Positions 9,614 through 19,682 are shown, counted from the first letter of the stretch. The stretch is DNA of 64,000 nucleotides from a virus (IMGVR_UViG_3300037419_002082:38216-102215), one strand, 5' to 3'. The notes: generated by a model from the letters alone, not told the origin. Numbers and translations are program-made.

Positions 9614-10341
9614 ATCCAATCATCAATGTTAGTGGAATTTTGTATTGAATTTTTATAATGCGAATTTTCTTTTTTTACTTCTTTCTTCTTATTTTTATTT
9701 CTCATATCTTCCTTATACCAGTAATTATAAAATTGAGTCCAAACTGGGAATTTACACATAGGTGATATTTCTATGCATTTTTTTACATCATCGTATGTCA
9801 TACCATGATTAGCCATATAATTAGCTATAGTATCTGTAGCTTTAATTTTAAAAGACATACCTCTATTATACTGAGGATTATATAAAAAATACATTTTGGA
9901 TAAGTCTTGTATATCTAATTGTAAATCAATAAATTCTTTTACATTAGCTGGCTTTAAACTACATGGCATATAATAATCATTCTTATTTGCATCTACTTTA
10001 GAATAATCTATTTTATCTGCCCTATTAGTATTATATCCTTCTATTATAGTATTAAACTTATCTATATAGTAATTTTCTCTATGATGCATATAATTACTTA
10101 CTAATTTTTTATTTTCTATTCTATCAGTATTAATAATTTCTAATACTTTAAATTCAAAATTATTTAATCCATATTCTTCATAATCTTTTTGTAATCTTTT
10201 ATTATGTTTATTTCTTATTAATTCTTTATAATGGCCATATATTCTATTAGGTAATAATAAAGTTTGACCTACATATTTTTTATTATTAATAATATTTTCT
10301 ATTAAATAAATACTTTCTTTAATATCAAAATAACTTTTCAT
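9610..10341 (-). CDS. GIY-YIG endonuclease-domain protein
   Basis: SIYLIENIINNKKYVGQT N-terminus and the conserved R, E and GYN residues. Confidence 0.8.
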   Translation of the reverse strand: MKSYFDIKESIYLIENIINNKKYVGQTLLLPNRIYGHYKELIRNKHNKRLQKDYEEYGLNNFEFKVLEIINTDRIENKKLVSNYMHHRENYYIDKFNTIIEGYNTNRADKIDYSKVDANKNDYYMPCSLKPANVKEFIDLQLDIQDLSKMYFLYNPQYNRGMSFKIKATDTIANYMANHGMTYDDVKKCIEISPMCKFPVWTQFYNYWYKEDMRNKNKKKEVKKENSHYKNSIQNSTNIDDWM

Positions 10342-10766
10342 TAATTAAATCTCTCCTTTTTAAAATATTAGTTCTATAATATAAATATTAATCTTTTTAA
10401 TTTTCTCTGCGAGGCCAAAAACTCTTTCTAAAACCATTATATCAACATAAAAAATACAGAAAATAAAGGTTTCAAACTTTTTTTTACAATTTAAATCCTT
10501 ATTACAAAATATTACATTTTTATAAACTTTGTTTAAAAAAATATTTCATTTTTATTAAAATGGTCTTATAATAAGAATATGAATCGAAAAAAGAAAAATT
10601 TTCAGAAAATAGAGAGAAAAAAGTCGAATACATATATTAAGTCCCCATGAGAACATCGACTAAATAGAATAATAAACGACATAGATAATTTTATGTGAAA
10701 CCTTTAATTTTAGATTAATATTTTCATATAAAATTATATTATAAAGAATATTGGGGAGGAAATTTA

Positions 10767-11234
10767 ATGTCCGAATATTGGGAGAGCTGGCAATTAAATC
10801 TTTTAGACGAATATATTCTTGGTTATTCTGCTTTTAATTCGCAATGGGAATTAGCAGAAGAGCTTGGAAAGTCTTTAAATGCTGTAAAGATAAAATTAAG
10901 CAGAAGACGCCAGTCCATTCAAGAGGAAGAAAGAGAATTGACTTTTGATGAATACAAAATGTTCTTATCCAATAGGTTTGATAAGACTACAGAACAAATT
11001 GCATCTCTTATTAATTCTTCTACTCTTTTTTTGATGAACGAATTGGACGAGATTGATTCATTGGAATGTTGTGAATATTTTGAAGAAGGTTATAAAGATA
11101 GAGTACCTTCTATTGATGAAATTAATACTTTCATTAGATTGTATAAAAAAGGTAGAAATGCCTTTCAAATTGCCCACATCCTAAACCGCCCCATTGAAAA
11201 AGTACAGGAGATGATTATATCATATGAAGTCTAA
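10767..11234 (+). CDS. Multi-HTH DNA-binding protein
   Basis: HTH-like segments QWELAEELGKSLNAVKIK and AFQIAHILNRPIEKV; strong RBS. Confidence 0.5.
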   Translation: MSEYWESWQLNLLDEYILGYSAFNSQWELAEELGKSLNAVKIKLSRRRQSIQEEERELTFDEYKMFLSNRFDKTTEQIASLINSSTLFLMNELDEIDSLECCEYFEEGYKDRVPSIDEINTFIRLYKKGRNAFQIAHILNRPIEKVQEMIISYEV

Positions 11235-11664
11235 GCATATTTTTAATACAATAAGAGTGGACAAATCTATTCCGCTCCCTTATCAAAAAAGAGATACTGA
11301 TGCAGGTCATGATGTTTACGCAGCAGAAACTAAATGGATTTGGCCTTGGACTACAAGAACAGTAAAGTCTAATCATCGGATTCATATTACCGATGGATTA
11401 TTTGGACTAATCCAATCAAGAAGTGGTATTAGGAAAAGAGGATTACTTATTGATGGAGTTATTGATGAAGGGTACCAAGGAATATTTGGCCTTATTATAT
11501 CTAACGTTAATATCTTTCCTAGAAGAATTAAAGCAGGAGAAAGAGTAGCACAGATTATCTATTTGGAACCGCATAAAGTTCAGCACCATGAAGTTGATGA
11601 ATTTTCAACAGAGACTGAACGCGGTAATGATGGCGGTCTTTGGCGGAAAGAATATAAAAAGTAG
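11224..11664 (+). CDS. dut: Trimeric dUTPase
   Basis: Motifs DAGHD, SRSG, GVIDEGYQG, GERVAQ and ERG..GG. Confidence 0.88.
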   Translation: MKSKHIFNTIRVDKSIPLPYQKRDTDAGHDVYAAETKWIWPWTTRTVKSNHRIHITDGLFGLIQSRSGIRKRGLLIDGVIDEGYQGIFGLIISNVNIFPRRIKAGERVAQIIYLEPHKVQHHEVDEFSTETERGNDGGLWRKEYKK

Positions 11665-11735
11665 AAACTCTCATTTTGAGAGTTTTTTTATTTTTTATAA
11701 TATAATAGAAAGAAAAATTTTCCAGAGGTGATAAC

Positions 11736-11936
11736 ATGAAATTTATTACTAAAATTAGCTTCTTTGATAATTTATACAGAGAAATAAATAATAGTCCAGC
11801 ATTATCTATTATTGTTTGGATTTTATTTATAACTTTAACTCTAACAAACTATACAGGAATTATTGATTTAATCTTTTTAACTATAGGTTTTGTATTTTTA
11901 TTTTTAGATATTAAAAATTATAGGAGGAAATACTAA
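11736..11936 (+). CDS. Small membrane protein
   Basis: Two hydrophobic helices; RBS GAGGTG. Confidence 0.55.
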   Translation: MKFITKISFFDNLYREINNSPALSIIVWILFITLTLTNYTGIIDLIFLTIGFVFLFLDIKNYRRKY

Positions 11937-12286
11937 TGAAAAGATTGCATGATTTAGCAAAGCAATTAAAAGAAAATAATTTTGAAATGACAGAGGCAAT
12001 GAAAGAACATTTTGAGGAATTTCTTTCAATTATTGCAGAGGGCAGCAGAGTTCTTCATCCTCGTTTTGGATTAGGGACTGTTAAATCTGCTATGGGAAAT
12101 TCCTGGGTTGAAGTAGATTTTGATAGGGACAATGAAAGCTATGAACGTAAGTTAAAAGATTATGAATTAAATAAAGTTACCTATCCAGGAAGATATTTTT
12201 CATATCCAAGTAGACATACAAGAGCAGTTCATATTGCTTCCTGTCATTCAATGCATATGATTATTAAAAAAGAAATGAACCGATAA
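11936..12286 (+). CDS. Hypothetical protein with an SH3/Tudor-like segment
   Basis: GSRVLHPRFGLGTV resembles the PcrA C-terminal Tudor motif. Confidence 0.5.
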   Translation: MKRLHDLAKQLKENNFEMTEAMKEHFEEFLSIIAEGSRVLHPRFGLGTVKSAMGNSWVEVDFDRDNESYERKLKDYELNKVTYPGRYFSYPSRHTRAVHIASCHSMHMIIKKEMNR

Positions 12287-12480
12287 AAATTATTGTGAAA
12301 TCTCTCTTAATGGGAGATTTTTTTATTTTATAATAAGATAGAAATTGAAAATTTCAAAAGTTAAAAAAAGGGAGTGTATTTAATGAAATTAATTATCTTC
12401 CAATAGAAATATTAATTTTACTAGCATCTTAGAATTAACATAAGATAATGCTGGATAAAAAAAATATTGGAGGTAAAAAA

Positions 12481-13335
12481 ATGAAAAAATTATTATCATT
12501 ACTTTTAGTATTAATGTTGGCTCTGCCATTTACTACACAAGCATCAGATTTGGGTTACATGAGACAAACGGCTTCAAACTATGATTCTGTCACTTTTAAG
12601 GTAGACACATCAAAGTTAGGTGGAAATATTGGGTCTATAAAAATCTCTGTTAACGGAGTATTAAATCAAGATTTAACAAGTCCAGGAACAGATACATTCA
12701 CAATAAGTGATTTATCACCTAGCACCACTTATACGGTGGATGTAGATATGACTAAAGCAGGCGGATATGGTACTCATGTATATGATGAAGATACTTATAC
12801 GACTGATGCTGTGTTGACAGAAACAAACGAAGCAACTGAGCCTACTTCACCTGCTCCACAAGAATTTGATTACACAACGGGTTCACTATTAGGAGATAGC
12901 CCAAATAACCATACAGCAACGGCTGATGCAGATGGTTATAAGCGTACTTCGGGATGGGATTATGTAGGAGCATTTGATTGGAATACTTCATTAGGAACAG
13001 GAAATCAGTTAACTCAAAGCGCACCGAAACTCAAGTATATTGAAAGTACAGGTGGCAGTTTCCGTATTGATGTAACAAATCATGCGTTCCATCACTTCCT
13101 ATACTCATCTTCAACAGCGTCTATGTTAATTCAGCTTTATGAATATGACCCTACTGGTGGCGATGATTATGTTGGATATTGGAAAATTCCGGCATCTTCT
13201 ACAGTGACACATTTAGATATTAGTAACGCCGATGCTTATAAAGATGGTGTTAATGGTCGTGCTGAATTCTACATCAAAACTAGCACAAACTACGCAACTA
13301 CAATTACGCCATTAGTTTTCAATTTCTACGATTGA
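12481..13335 (+). CDS. Secreted protein with a fibronectin type III-like domain
   Basis: Sec signal MKKLLSLLLVLMLALPFTTQA; FN3 motif TFTISDLSPSTTYTVDV; T/P linker. Confidence 0.7.
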   Translation: MKKLLSLLLVLMLALPFTTQASDLGYMRQTASNYDSVTFKVDTSKLGGNIGSIKISVNGVLNQDLTSPGTDTFTISDLSPSTTYTVDVDMTKAGGYGTHVYDEDTYTTDAVLTETNEATEPTSPAPQEFDYTTGSLLGDSPNNHTATADADGYKRTSGWDYVGAFDWNTSLGTGNQLTQSAPKLKYIESTGGSFRIDVTNHAFHHFLYSSSTASMLIQLYEYDPTGGDDYVGYWKIPASSTVTHLDISNADAYKDGVNGRAEFYIKTSTNYATTITPLVFNFYD

Positions 13336-13359
13336 TTTGAAAGCTTAATAATATATTAT

Positions 13360-13400
13360 GTGAAACCATCTCTTATAGAGGTGGTTTTTTCTTTTATAAT
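13360..13400 (+). promoter_or_regulatory. GTGAAAC-N28-TATAAT promoter of the glycosyltransferase/heptose operon
   Basis: Member of a motif family with about 20 copies at fixed 27/28-bp spacing. Confidence 0.7.
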
Positions 13401-13580
13401 GAAATCATATTAAATAGAAAGAAGTGATTATATGGAAATTAAAATATCTAAAGATGAAGTATTTAATGCAATAAAAGAAGATTTAAAAAAAAGAGGTTTA
13501 AATTTTGATAGTGCTATTATTTCCATGAATAACTTAGGTGGAGCTAATATTATTTTAATTAAAGATGGGAGAAAAATATA

Positions 13581-14759
13581 ATGGCAAACATCCTTTATTA
13601 CCCACAAATGAGTATGTATGACAAACAAACTAAAGAATTACTCCCAGCTGCAGACGGTAATATTAACATGATGCGTAATACTATATTGGAATGGAAAAAA
13701 TATCGTCCTGATGATGTATTTTATATTTTATTACCATCTGAATTAAACTTCAGTGATAAACTAGCAAAGATTTTACCACCAGGAACTAATAATGCTGCTC
13801 CATTATTTTATGATTCTTATGTAGTATCTGCTAGAATTAATCGCTTTAACTTTCCAATGAATGAAATTTCTTCTATATTAAAGAATATCAAAATTGATTT
13901 ACTTATCAATGATGTCATTGAGTTAACTGGTAATTTTAAACAAATGTTTAGAATTGAATTTAATGACTCACCAAAGATTATTTCTAATATTCGCCATATA
14001 GATGATGTACTAAATACTTCATATATGTTTAGAGTATTAGATGGTATTATTCAATCTGATTTAGTAACAATACTTTCAAGTACAATGCATAGTAAATTAG
14101 AATTACAACTTAGAGAAATGATTGGTGCTTGTAAGAATATTTTGGATAAGGTAAAAGTATTTGAGCCATCTATTTCTGAAGCAGAATTATTCAAATATTC
14201 AATGAACGCTAAACAAAAAGATTTAAATAAAGTAATTATTACTTTCCCAGGCAGATTATCTATTGGAGAAGAAAGAAGAACTAACTGGGATAAATTTACA
14301 AGCGCTATTTGGAAATTAAGGCAGAAAAGACAAGATTTTGAAGTTTATTTTACTGACCCAAATAATGCTTTAGATATTGGTACAGAAGTATCTCAGTGGA
14401 CTAAAACTATTCCAAAAGATAGAAATACTTTTTTAAATCTCCTTAATAAAACAGATATTATTGTTTCATTAATGGATATTGAAGGTTTTGGTGGTATTAG
14501 TATTCGTGAAGGATTATTAATGGATTGTATGCCTATTATTCCTATGGCTCATGAATATAAGAAGATGGCACCAGAACATTATTTAGGATATATATATGAT
14601 GCAGAAGTAAATCAATTAGTAGATGCTTTAGAGTGGGCAATATATAAAGTAAAAAATAGAGAAAAACCTTATGATTATAGAGCTTATGGCAAGCAATTTA
14701 CTGTTGAAGAGCAGTTTAAAAAGTTACTACCTAAAGTGGAGGAAGTTTTAAATGGCTGA
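13581..14759 (+). CDS. GT-B fold glycosyltransferase (GT4-like)
   Basis: FPGRL and EGFGGISIREG donor-binding motifs; coupled to gmhA. Confidence 0.8.
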   Translation: MANILYYPQMSMYDKQTKELLPAADGNINMMRNTILEWKKYRPDDVFYILLPSELNFSDKLAKILPPGTNNAAPLFYDSYVVSARINRFNFPMNEISSILKNIKIDLLINDVIELTGNFKQMFRIEFNDSPKIISNIRHIDDVLNTSYMFRVLDGIIQSDLVTILSSTMHSKLELQLREMIGACKNILDKVKVFEPSISEAELFKYSMNAKQKDLNKVIITFPGRLSIGEERRTNWDKFTSAIWKLRQKRQDFEVYFTDPNNALDIGTEVSQWTKTIPKDRNTFLNLLNKTDIIVSLMDIEGFGGISIREGLLMDCMPIIPMAHEYKKMAPEHYLGYIYDAEVNQLVDALEWAIYKVKNREKPYDYRAYGKQFTVEEQFKKLLPKVEEVLNG

Positions 14760-15339
14760 TTTTACTATGAATCTATTCCAATTACATGATTTAATAGGAA
14801 AGGTTGCTGGTTTAAAAGATGAAATTGAAAAAGCTGCTGAAGTCCTTGCCGAATGTGTTGCATATGGTGGTACTATCTACGTTATGGGTAATGGTGGTTC
14901 TGCCGCTGACGCTAATCATTTCTCTGGTGAAATTTTGGGGAGATTTAAGCGAGAGCGTAAAGGTCTCGGCTGCGTTTCTCTTTCTGCTGATAATGCTACT
15001 ATTACTGCTATTGCTAATGATTATGGGTTCGAGTATATTTTTGTTCGTCAGCTAGAAGGATTATTTGACCCATTAAAAGATGTAGTGTTTTCTATGACTA
15101 CATCAGGAAATTCTCTCAATATTATTAAAGCATTAGATTATGTAGCAAAAGTTAGCGGTAAATCAGTAAATCTTCTTGGAAGAGATGGCGGAAAGATAGC
15201 AGGGCAACCACAAGAAAATGAAATAAACATTATTATCCCAGCTCAAGATTCTGACCGCATCCAAGAGATGCATAAATTTATTCTTCATTATTTTGCTGAA
15301 GTTATTGAGGAGAGGTATTGCGAATTAAAATTAAATTAA
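14752..15339 (+). CDS. gmhA: Sedoheptulose-7-phosphate isomerase
   Basis: GNGGSAADANH, TAIANDYG, TSGNS and RIQEMH motifs. Confidence 0.95.
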   Translation: MADFTMNLFQLHDLIGKVAGLKDEIEKAAEVLAECVAYGGTIYVMGNGGSAADANHFSGEILGRFKRERKGLGCVSLSADNATITAIANDYGFEYIFVRQLEGLFDPLKDVVFSMTTSGNSLNIIKALDYVAKVSGKSVNLLGRDGGKIAGQPQENEINIIIPAQDSDRIQEMHKFILHYFAEVIEERYCELKLN

Positions 15340-15696
15340 GAATGGAGTGTTAGTATGCTAGGAGTAATTAAACAAGCAACAGAAAGTTCTGAAATGTGGC
15401 AATGGGCTTTCGCGCATCCTTATCTTTATACTTTAATTAAAATTGGTACACCTTCTTTTTATGCTATAGTCTTATATTTAGGCTTTAGAATAATTTCTAC
15501 AGTAATGGGAGGAAATAAACGTAGATGGAATTAAGAGACGGCGATATTTATGAACAGATTAATAGTAAATTAAAATTTACTTTAAAACAAGAGACTCCAG
15601 TTACTTGGAGTCTTAGTCTTGACAACCCTAGTAAAATCATTTACCCTGAAGTGTATATGATTAGTTTATTGGAGAAGAACTTTAGGAAGGTGGAAA

Positions 15697-16215
15697 ATGA
15701 ATAAAGCTATTTTCTTAGATAGAGACGGAGTCATTAATAAAAACACAGACTATGTAAATTGTATAGAAGATTTTCATATACTACCAAAAGTTAGAGATGC
15801 TTTAATGTTATTTAAACAAGCAGGATATAGAATCTTTGTTGTTACTAATCAAGGTGGCATTGAAAAAGGATTTTTAACAGAAGAAGATTTATATGAAATG
15901 CATGATTATATGATGAAAGAATTACCGGAAATAGAGGATTATAGATTTTGTCCTAGCTATGAATCATTTGGCAGAAAGCCTAATCCAGGTATGATTTATG
16001 ATTTAGCATCAGCACATGAAATTCATACTGGGAAATCCTGGATGATTGGTGATATGTTTTCAGATATTGAAGCAGGAATAAATGCTGGTTGTAAAACTGC
16101 TTTAGTAATAAATAGAATCCAAGAATCAGTTAAAGCATCAGGTAAAGCTAATGTTATGGGTGATAGTTTATATCAAGTTGCAATTATGATATTAGAATTG
16201 GAGGGTTATTTATGA
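15697..16215 (+). CDS. gmhB: D,D-heptose-1,7-bisphosphate phosphatase (HAD)
   Basis: FLDRDGVIN, VTNQGG, RKPNPGM and MIGD..SD motifs. Confidence 0.92.
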   Translation: MNKAIFLDRDGVINKNTDYVNCIEDFHILPKVRDALMLFKQAGYRIFVVTNQGGIEKGFLTEEDLYEMHDYMMKELPEIEDYRFCPSYESFGRKPNPGMIYDLASAHEIHTGKSWMIGDMFSDIEAGINAGCKTALVINRIQESVKASGKANVMGDSLYQVAIMILELEGYL

Positions 16216-16382
16216 GATACGAAAATATTCTTTATAATGAAGTAATTTATCATTTAGAAGAAAAGTGGGGTAGAAAATTAAATGACCACGAAAAACATGT
16301 TCTAATTGAAGGCTATCAGTTTGGCAGAAAAGTAGAAGCAGAAAACGAAATTAAAATGTTTTATGATACTAGAAGGGATTAA
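16212..16382 (+). CDS. Small hypothetical protein (56 aa, not in the ORF track)
   Basis: ATGA overlap with the gmhB stop, GGAGG RBS, followed by a terminator. Confidence 0.5.
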   Translation: MRYENILYNEVIYHLEEKWGRKLNDHEKHVLIEGYQFGRKVEAENEIKMFYDTRRD

Positions 16383-16400
16383 CCCTTCTTTTTTTTCTGT

Positions 16401-16440
16401 GTGAAACCTTTCATTTTAGTGTTATTTAAAAATATATAAT
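16401..16440 (+). promoter_or_regulatory. GTGAAAC-N27-TATAAT promoter upstream of hldA
   Basis: Motif and spacing counted by hand. Confidence 0.7.
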
Positions 16441-16462
16441 TAGAATATGAAAAGATTAAAAG

Positions 16463-17425
16463 ATGAATGGAGAGATGTTAATGTTAGATTTTTCAGATTT
16501 AAAAGTTCTTGTTCTAGGTGATGTAGCACTTGATATAGTAACAGAAGGGCCAAGCTATAGACAATCACCAGAGGCACCAGTTCCTGTTATATCTAATCCA
16601 ACCACTACTTATTCTTTAGGAATGGCAGCTAATGTGGCATTAAATCTTCATAGACTTGGTGCCAATTTAGCTTTCTCATTTAATATTGGAGAAGACGAAA
16701 AAGGAGAATTATTTGGAAAATTATTAGATTCCAATTTTTCTGGAGTTCATCATACTAGAACTGGTAAAAAAGATTATTTTACAACTGTAAAGCAAAGAAT
16801 AGTTGCTAATAATCAACAAGTTGCACGAATTGATTTTGAAGATAGCTTAACTGTTGATAAATTAGATGGATTTATTAAATCTATTGAAAGAAGAGTAAAT
16901 AGAGGCGCTTATTATGATTTAATTATCATTTCAGATTATAATAAGGGAATTATTACTAAGGAATCTTGGGAGATTCTAGAACCTCTATTATGGCAATTAT
17001 CTAAAAGATTCTTCGTTGATACTAAAAAGAAAGACGTTCTTAATTATTATGAAGGAATGTATATATTCCCTAATAAAAAAGAGATGCAAGAAATCATGGA
17101 TTATAATAATTGTAATACTCGTAATGAATTACGTAAAGAAATGGATTTAGATTTCCTTGTAGAAACTGCAAGCGAAGAGGGGGCTTACCTTTATAAAGAT
17201 GATGGCAAGATTTATCATTGTGAGCCATTTAAAGCTAATGTAGTAGATGTTACTGGCTGTGGAGATACTTTTGTAGCAGCATTTGCTTTATACTATACAA
17301 AGTATATGGATAAGAAAGCTGCATTAGGATTTGCTAATTATTGTTGTTCTAAGGTAATTGAAAGAAAAGGTACTACTCCAGTATTATTAAGTGAGGTGCT
17401 TGATTTTGAAGCTCAAAGCATTTAG
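16463..17425 (+). CDS. hldA: Heptose-7-phosphate kinase (HldE/RfaE domain I, PfkB family)
   Basis: GDVALD, SPEAPVPV, GMAANVA, SDYNKG and DVTGCGDT motifs. True start is probably a few codons downstream. Confidence 0.92.
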   Translation: MNGEMLMLDFSDLKVLVLGDVALDIVTEGPSYRQSPEAPVPVISNPTTTYSLGMAANVALNLHRLGANLAFSFNIGEDEKGELFGKLLDSNFSGVHHTRTGKKDYFTTVKQRIVANNQQVARIDFEDSLTVDKLDGFIKSIERRVNRGAYYDLIIISDYNKGIITKESWEILEPLLWQLSKRFFVDTKKKDVLNYYEGMYIFPNKKEMQEIMDYNNCNTRNELRKEMDLDFLVETASEEGAYLYKDDGKIYHCEPFKANVVDVTGCGDTFVAAFALYYTKYMDKKAALGFANYCCSKVIERKGTTPVLLSEVLDFEAQSI

Positions 17426-17918
17426 TCATGAATATTTTAAAGCATTAAAGGAAATTAGAAAAAAACGTATTATTTTTTTTAATGGCTGCTTTGATATTAT
17501 TCACCCAGGTCATTTGGCATTAATTAATAAAGCATTATCAAATAAAAACTTAACTAATAATGCTGTAGTTATTTGTGGTATTAATTCTGATGAATCTGCA
17601 AAGTCACAAAAGAAAAGTCATCCATTAGTAAATAATGAAACTAGTAGGGCAGAAATGCTATTAGCTCTTGGTGTAGACCATGTAATTATATTTGACGATG
17701 CTACTCCAAAGAATGTTATTATGAGTTTAATGCCAGACTTAGTAATAACAACTTCGGAATACTCAAGCAGATTTGGCAACTGTGAAGATTTAGATTTCTG
17801 TAGGGGACATGATATAGATGTTATTTCTATTGCAACTATTGCAGGTTATTCTACATCTAGTATTTACAGAAAAATCGAAGAACAAGTCAAAGCTAAAGTA
17901 AGGGAGAGCTTACAATGA
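17391..17918 (+). CDS. hldC: Heptose-1-phosphate nucleotidyltransferase (HldE/RfaE domain II)
   Basis: NGCFDIIHPGH, GINSDES and GYSTS motifs. Confidence 0.9.
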   Translation: MRCLILKLKAFSHEYFKALKEIRKKRIIFFNGCFDIIHPGHLALINKALSNKNLTNNAVVICGINSDESAKSQKKSHPLVNNETSRAEMLLALGVDHVIIFDDATPKNVIMSLMPDLVITTSEYSSRFGNCEDLDFCRGHDIDVISIATIAGYSTSSIYRKIEEQVKAKVRESLQ

Positions 17919-18457
17919 TATTAAAGCACAAGCTATTTGCCATTGACTTTGATGGAACAATTGCTTATGATGCATATCCAGGAGTGGGAGAACTCATTCC
18001 TGGAGCAAAGGAAACAATGATTAAAATCAAAGAACTTGGTGGTAAGATAGCAATTTGGACTTGCAGAACAGACCAATGGGCTCAGGATGCTAAAGATTTC
18101 TTGGATAAGAATGGCATTCCATATGATAAATTTAATAAGCCTTTTGATGAACATGTAAATCTTTATGGAGGAGACAATTCTCGTAAAGTATTTGCTGATG
18201 TATACATTGATGATAGAAGTATTCATTTTGGCGGCAAAACTGTAGACTGGTATTTACTACAGGATATGATTTTTGGTTATGATAAATGGAAAGTTGGAGA
18301 TACAATAGAGTGCTTAGAAGATTGTTGGGGAAATTTTAAAAAAGGCGAAAGGTTTGAAATAACTGCATTAAAAGAAGATGCAGATTTTATTTCTTTTGGA
18401 CCTATAGGTGGAGCAGGTTATTGGGATACTCAAGAATATTTTAAGAAGGTGAATTAA
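17915..18457 (+). CDS. HAD-family phosphatase
   Basis: AIDFDGT, IWTCR and K..ADVYIDDR motifs. Confidence 0.8.
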   Translation: MILKHKLFAIDFDGTIAYDAYPGVGELIPGAKETMIKIKELGGKIAIWTCRTDQWAQDAKDFLDKNGIPYDKFNKPFDEHVNLYGGDNSRKVFADVYIDDRSIHFGGKTVDWYLLQDMIFGYDKWKVGDTIECLEDCWGNFKKGERFEITALKEDADFISFGPIGGAGYWDTQEYFKKVN

Positions 18458-18688
18458 ATGAGTAGTAGTTCTGGAGTAAATAGGAATGAAATTAATTACA
18501 ATGAAAAAACAAAATATGTTTTAACAAAAGAGGAAGAAGGCTTTGTTTATAGTCAAATTAGTTATAGAAAAATCTTTTTTGAACAAGAAATTCAAAAGGC
18601 AGCAGGGATTTCAGACATTAAAAGAATAAAAGAATGTGTTAGAGCATTAGATATGATTGAAACTATTCAAAAAAAATTGTTAGGGTGA
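18458..18688 (+). CDS. Hypothetical protein
   Basis: In-operon ORF with an RBS. Confidence 0.5.
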   Translation: MSSSSGVNRNEINYNEKTKYVLTKEEEGFVYSQISYRKIFFEQEIQKAAGISDIKRIKECVRALDMIETIQKKLLG

Positions 18689-18692
18689 TAAT

Positions 18693-19682
18693 ATGTTCTT
18701 AATATTTGAATCGCCAAATAAATCTGGAAAAACAACTTTGGCAAGAATGATTGCAGATTATTTGAATATTCAATATGTAAAATTAAACAATATTAATGTA
18801 GTAGAAGATACAGCAATTAAAGATGGTATATCTATTTCTACACATTCGCAATTAGAAACTATTACTCAGCTACATGAGAAAGGGGTGATGAAAGATGTTG
18901 TCTTGGATAGATTCCACGTTTCGGAATTTGTGTATAAAAATCTACTTGGAAGAACCTATGATATTTCATACATTGATGATATTGAGAAACGATTGTCAAA
19001 ATACAATGATATTCTTTTGGTACGTTGTAGAACATCTCTTCCAGTATTAAAAGATAGATGGTATGATGAAAAACTTATTCCAACTCAAAAAGTAACGGAA
19101 GAATCTAGATTATATAATTACTTCTATACAAAGACAAAACTACCAGTAATTGAAATAGATACAGATGGTTCTGTAGAAAAAGCATTTGCAGAATTAGTAT
19201 CTAAATTAGAGTTACATGGAGTATCTCAAAAGTATTTCAGACAAAGAAGAATTACACATGACCAAGCTATGATGAATGTTGCTAAAATTATGGCAAAGAG
19301 AAGTCCATGCTTAACTAGACAAGTTGGTTGTGTAATGACAGAAGATGGCTTTGTAGTTGGAGTAGGATATAATGGTCCACCATCAGGATTAAAGCATGAC
19401 CAAGTAGATATTAGAAAAGCAAAAGGATTTAAATCTGGAGAAGGATTAGATTTTAGTAGAGATGTTCATGCAGAACAAAATGCTATGCAGCAGTCCGGTG
19501 TTAGAAGTAAAAGAGCAGGTAAATTGGAACTATTCACGACAGCATCACCTTGTATACATTGCATGAGGCAATGTATTCAAATTGGTATTGAGAGAATAGT
19601 TTATATTGAAAAATATAATCAACCTCTTGCTTGGGAAATGGCAGAAGAAGCAGGTATAGAAATGATTCAATATGAAGAATAG
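18693..19682 (+). CDS. Fusion of a dNMP kinase (N-terminal) and a dCMP deaminase (C-terminal)
   Basis: P-loop ESPNKSGKTT and LDRFH in the N-terminal half; VGYNG, HAEQNA and SPCIHC zinc-deaminase motifs in the C-terminal half. Confidence 0.88.
   Translation: MFLIFESPNKSGKTTLARMIADYLNIQYVKLNNINVVEDTAIKDGISISTHSQLETITQLHEKGVMKDVVLDRFHVSEFVYKNLLGRTYDISYIDDIEKRLSKYNDILLVRCRTSLPVLKDRWYDEKLIPTQKVTEESRLYNYFYTKTKLPVIEIDTDGSVEKAFAELVSKLELHGVSQKYFRQRRITHDQAMMNVAKIMAKRSPCLTRQVGCVMTEDGFVVGVGYNGPPSGLKHDQVDIRKAKGFKSGEGLDFSRDVHAEQNAMQQSGVRSKRAGKLELFTTASPCIHCMRQCIQIGIERIVYIEKYNQPLAWEMAEEAGIEMIQYEE

Noticed and set aside
15591-15612. GAGACTCCAG...TGGAGTC hairpin shared with 51792
   Set aside because: The first copy lies inside a small ORF and the second is best explained as the terminator of a minus-strand gene; probably coincidence.
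13581-17918. Contaminating Gram-negative LPS locus or chimeric assembly
   Set aside because: The genes share the phage AT content, Bacillota-type RBSs, interspersed phage microgenes and the phage-specific GTGAAAC promoters.
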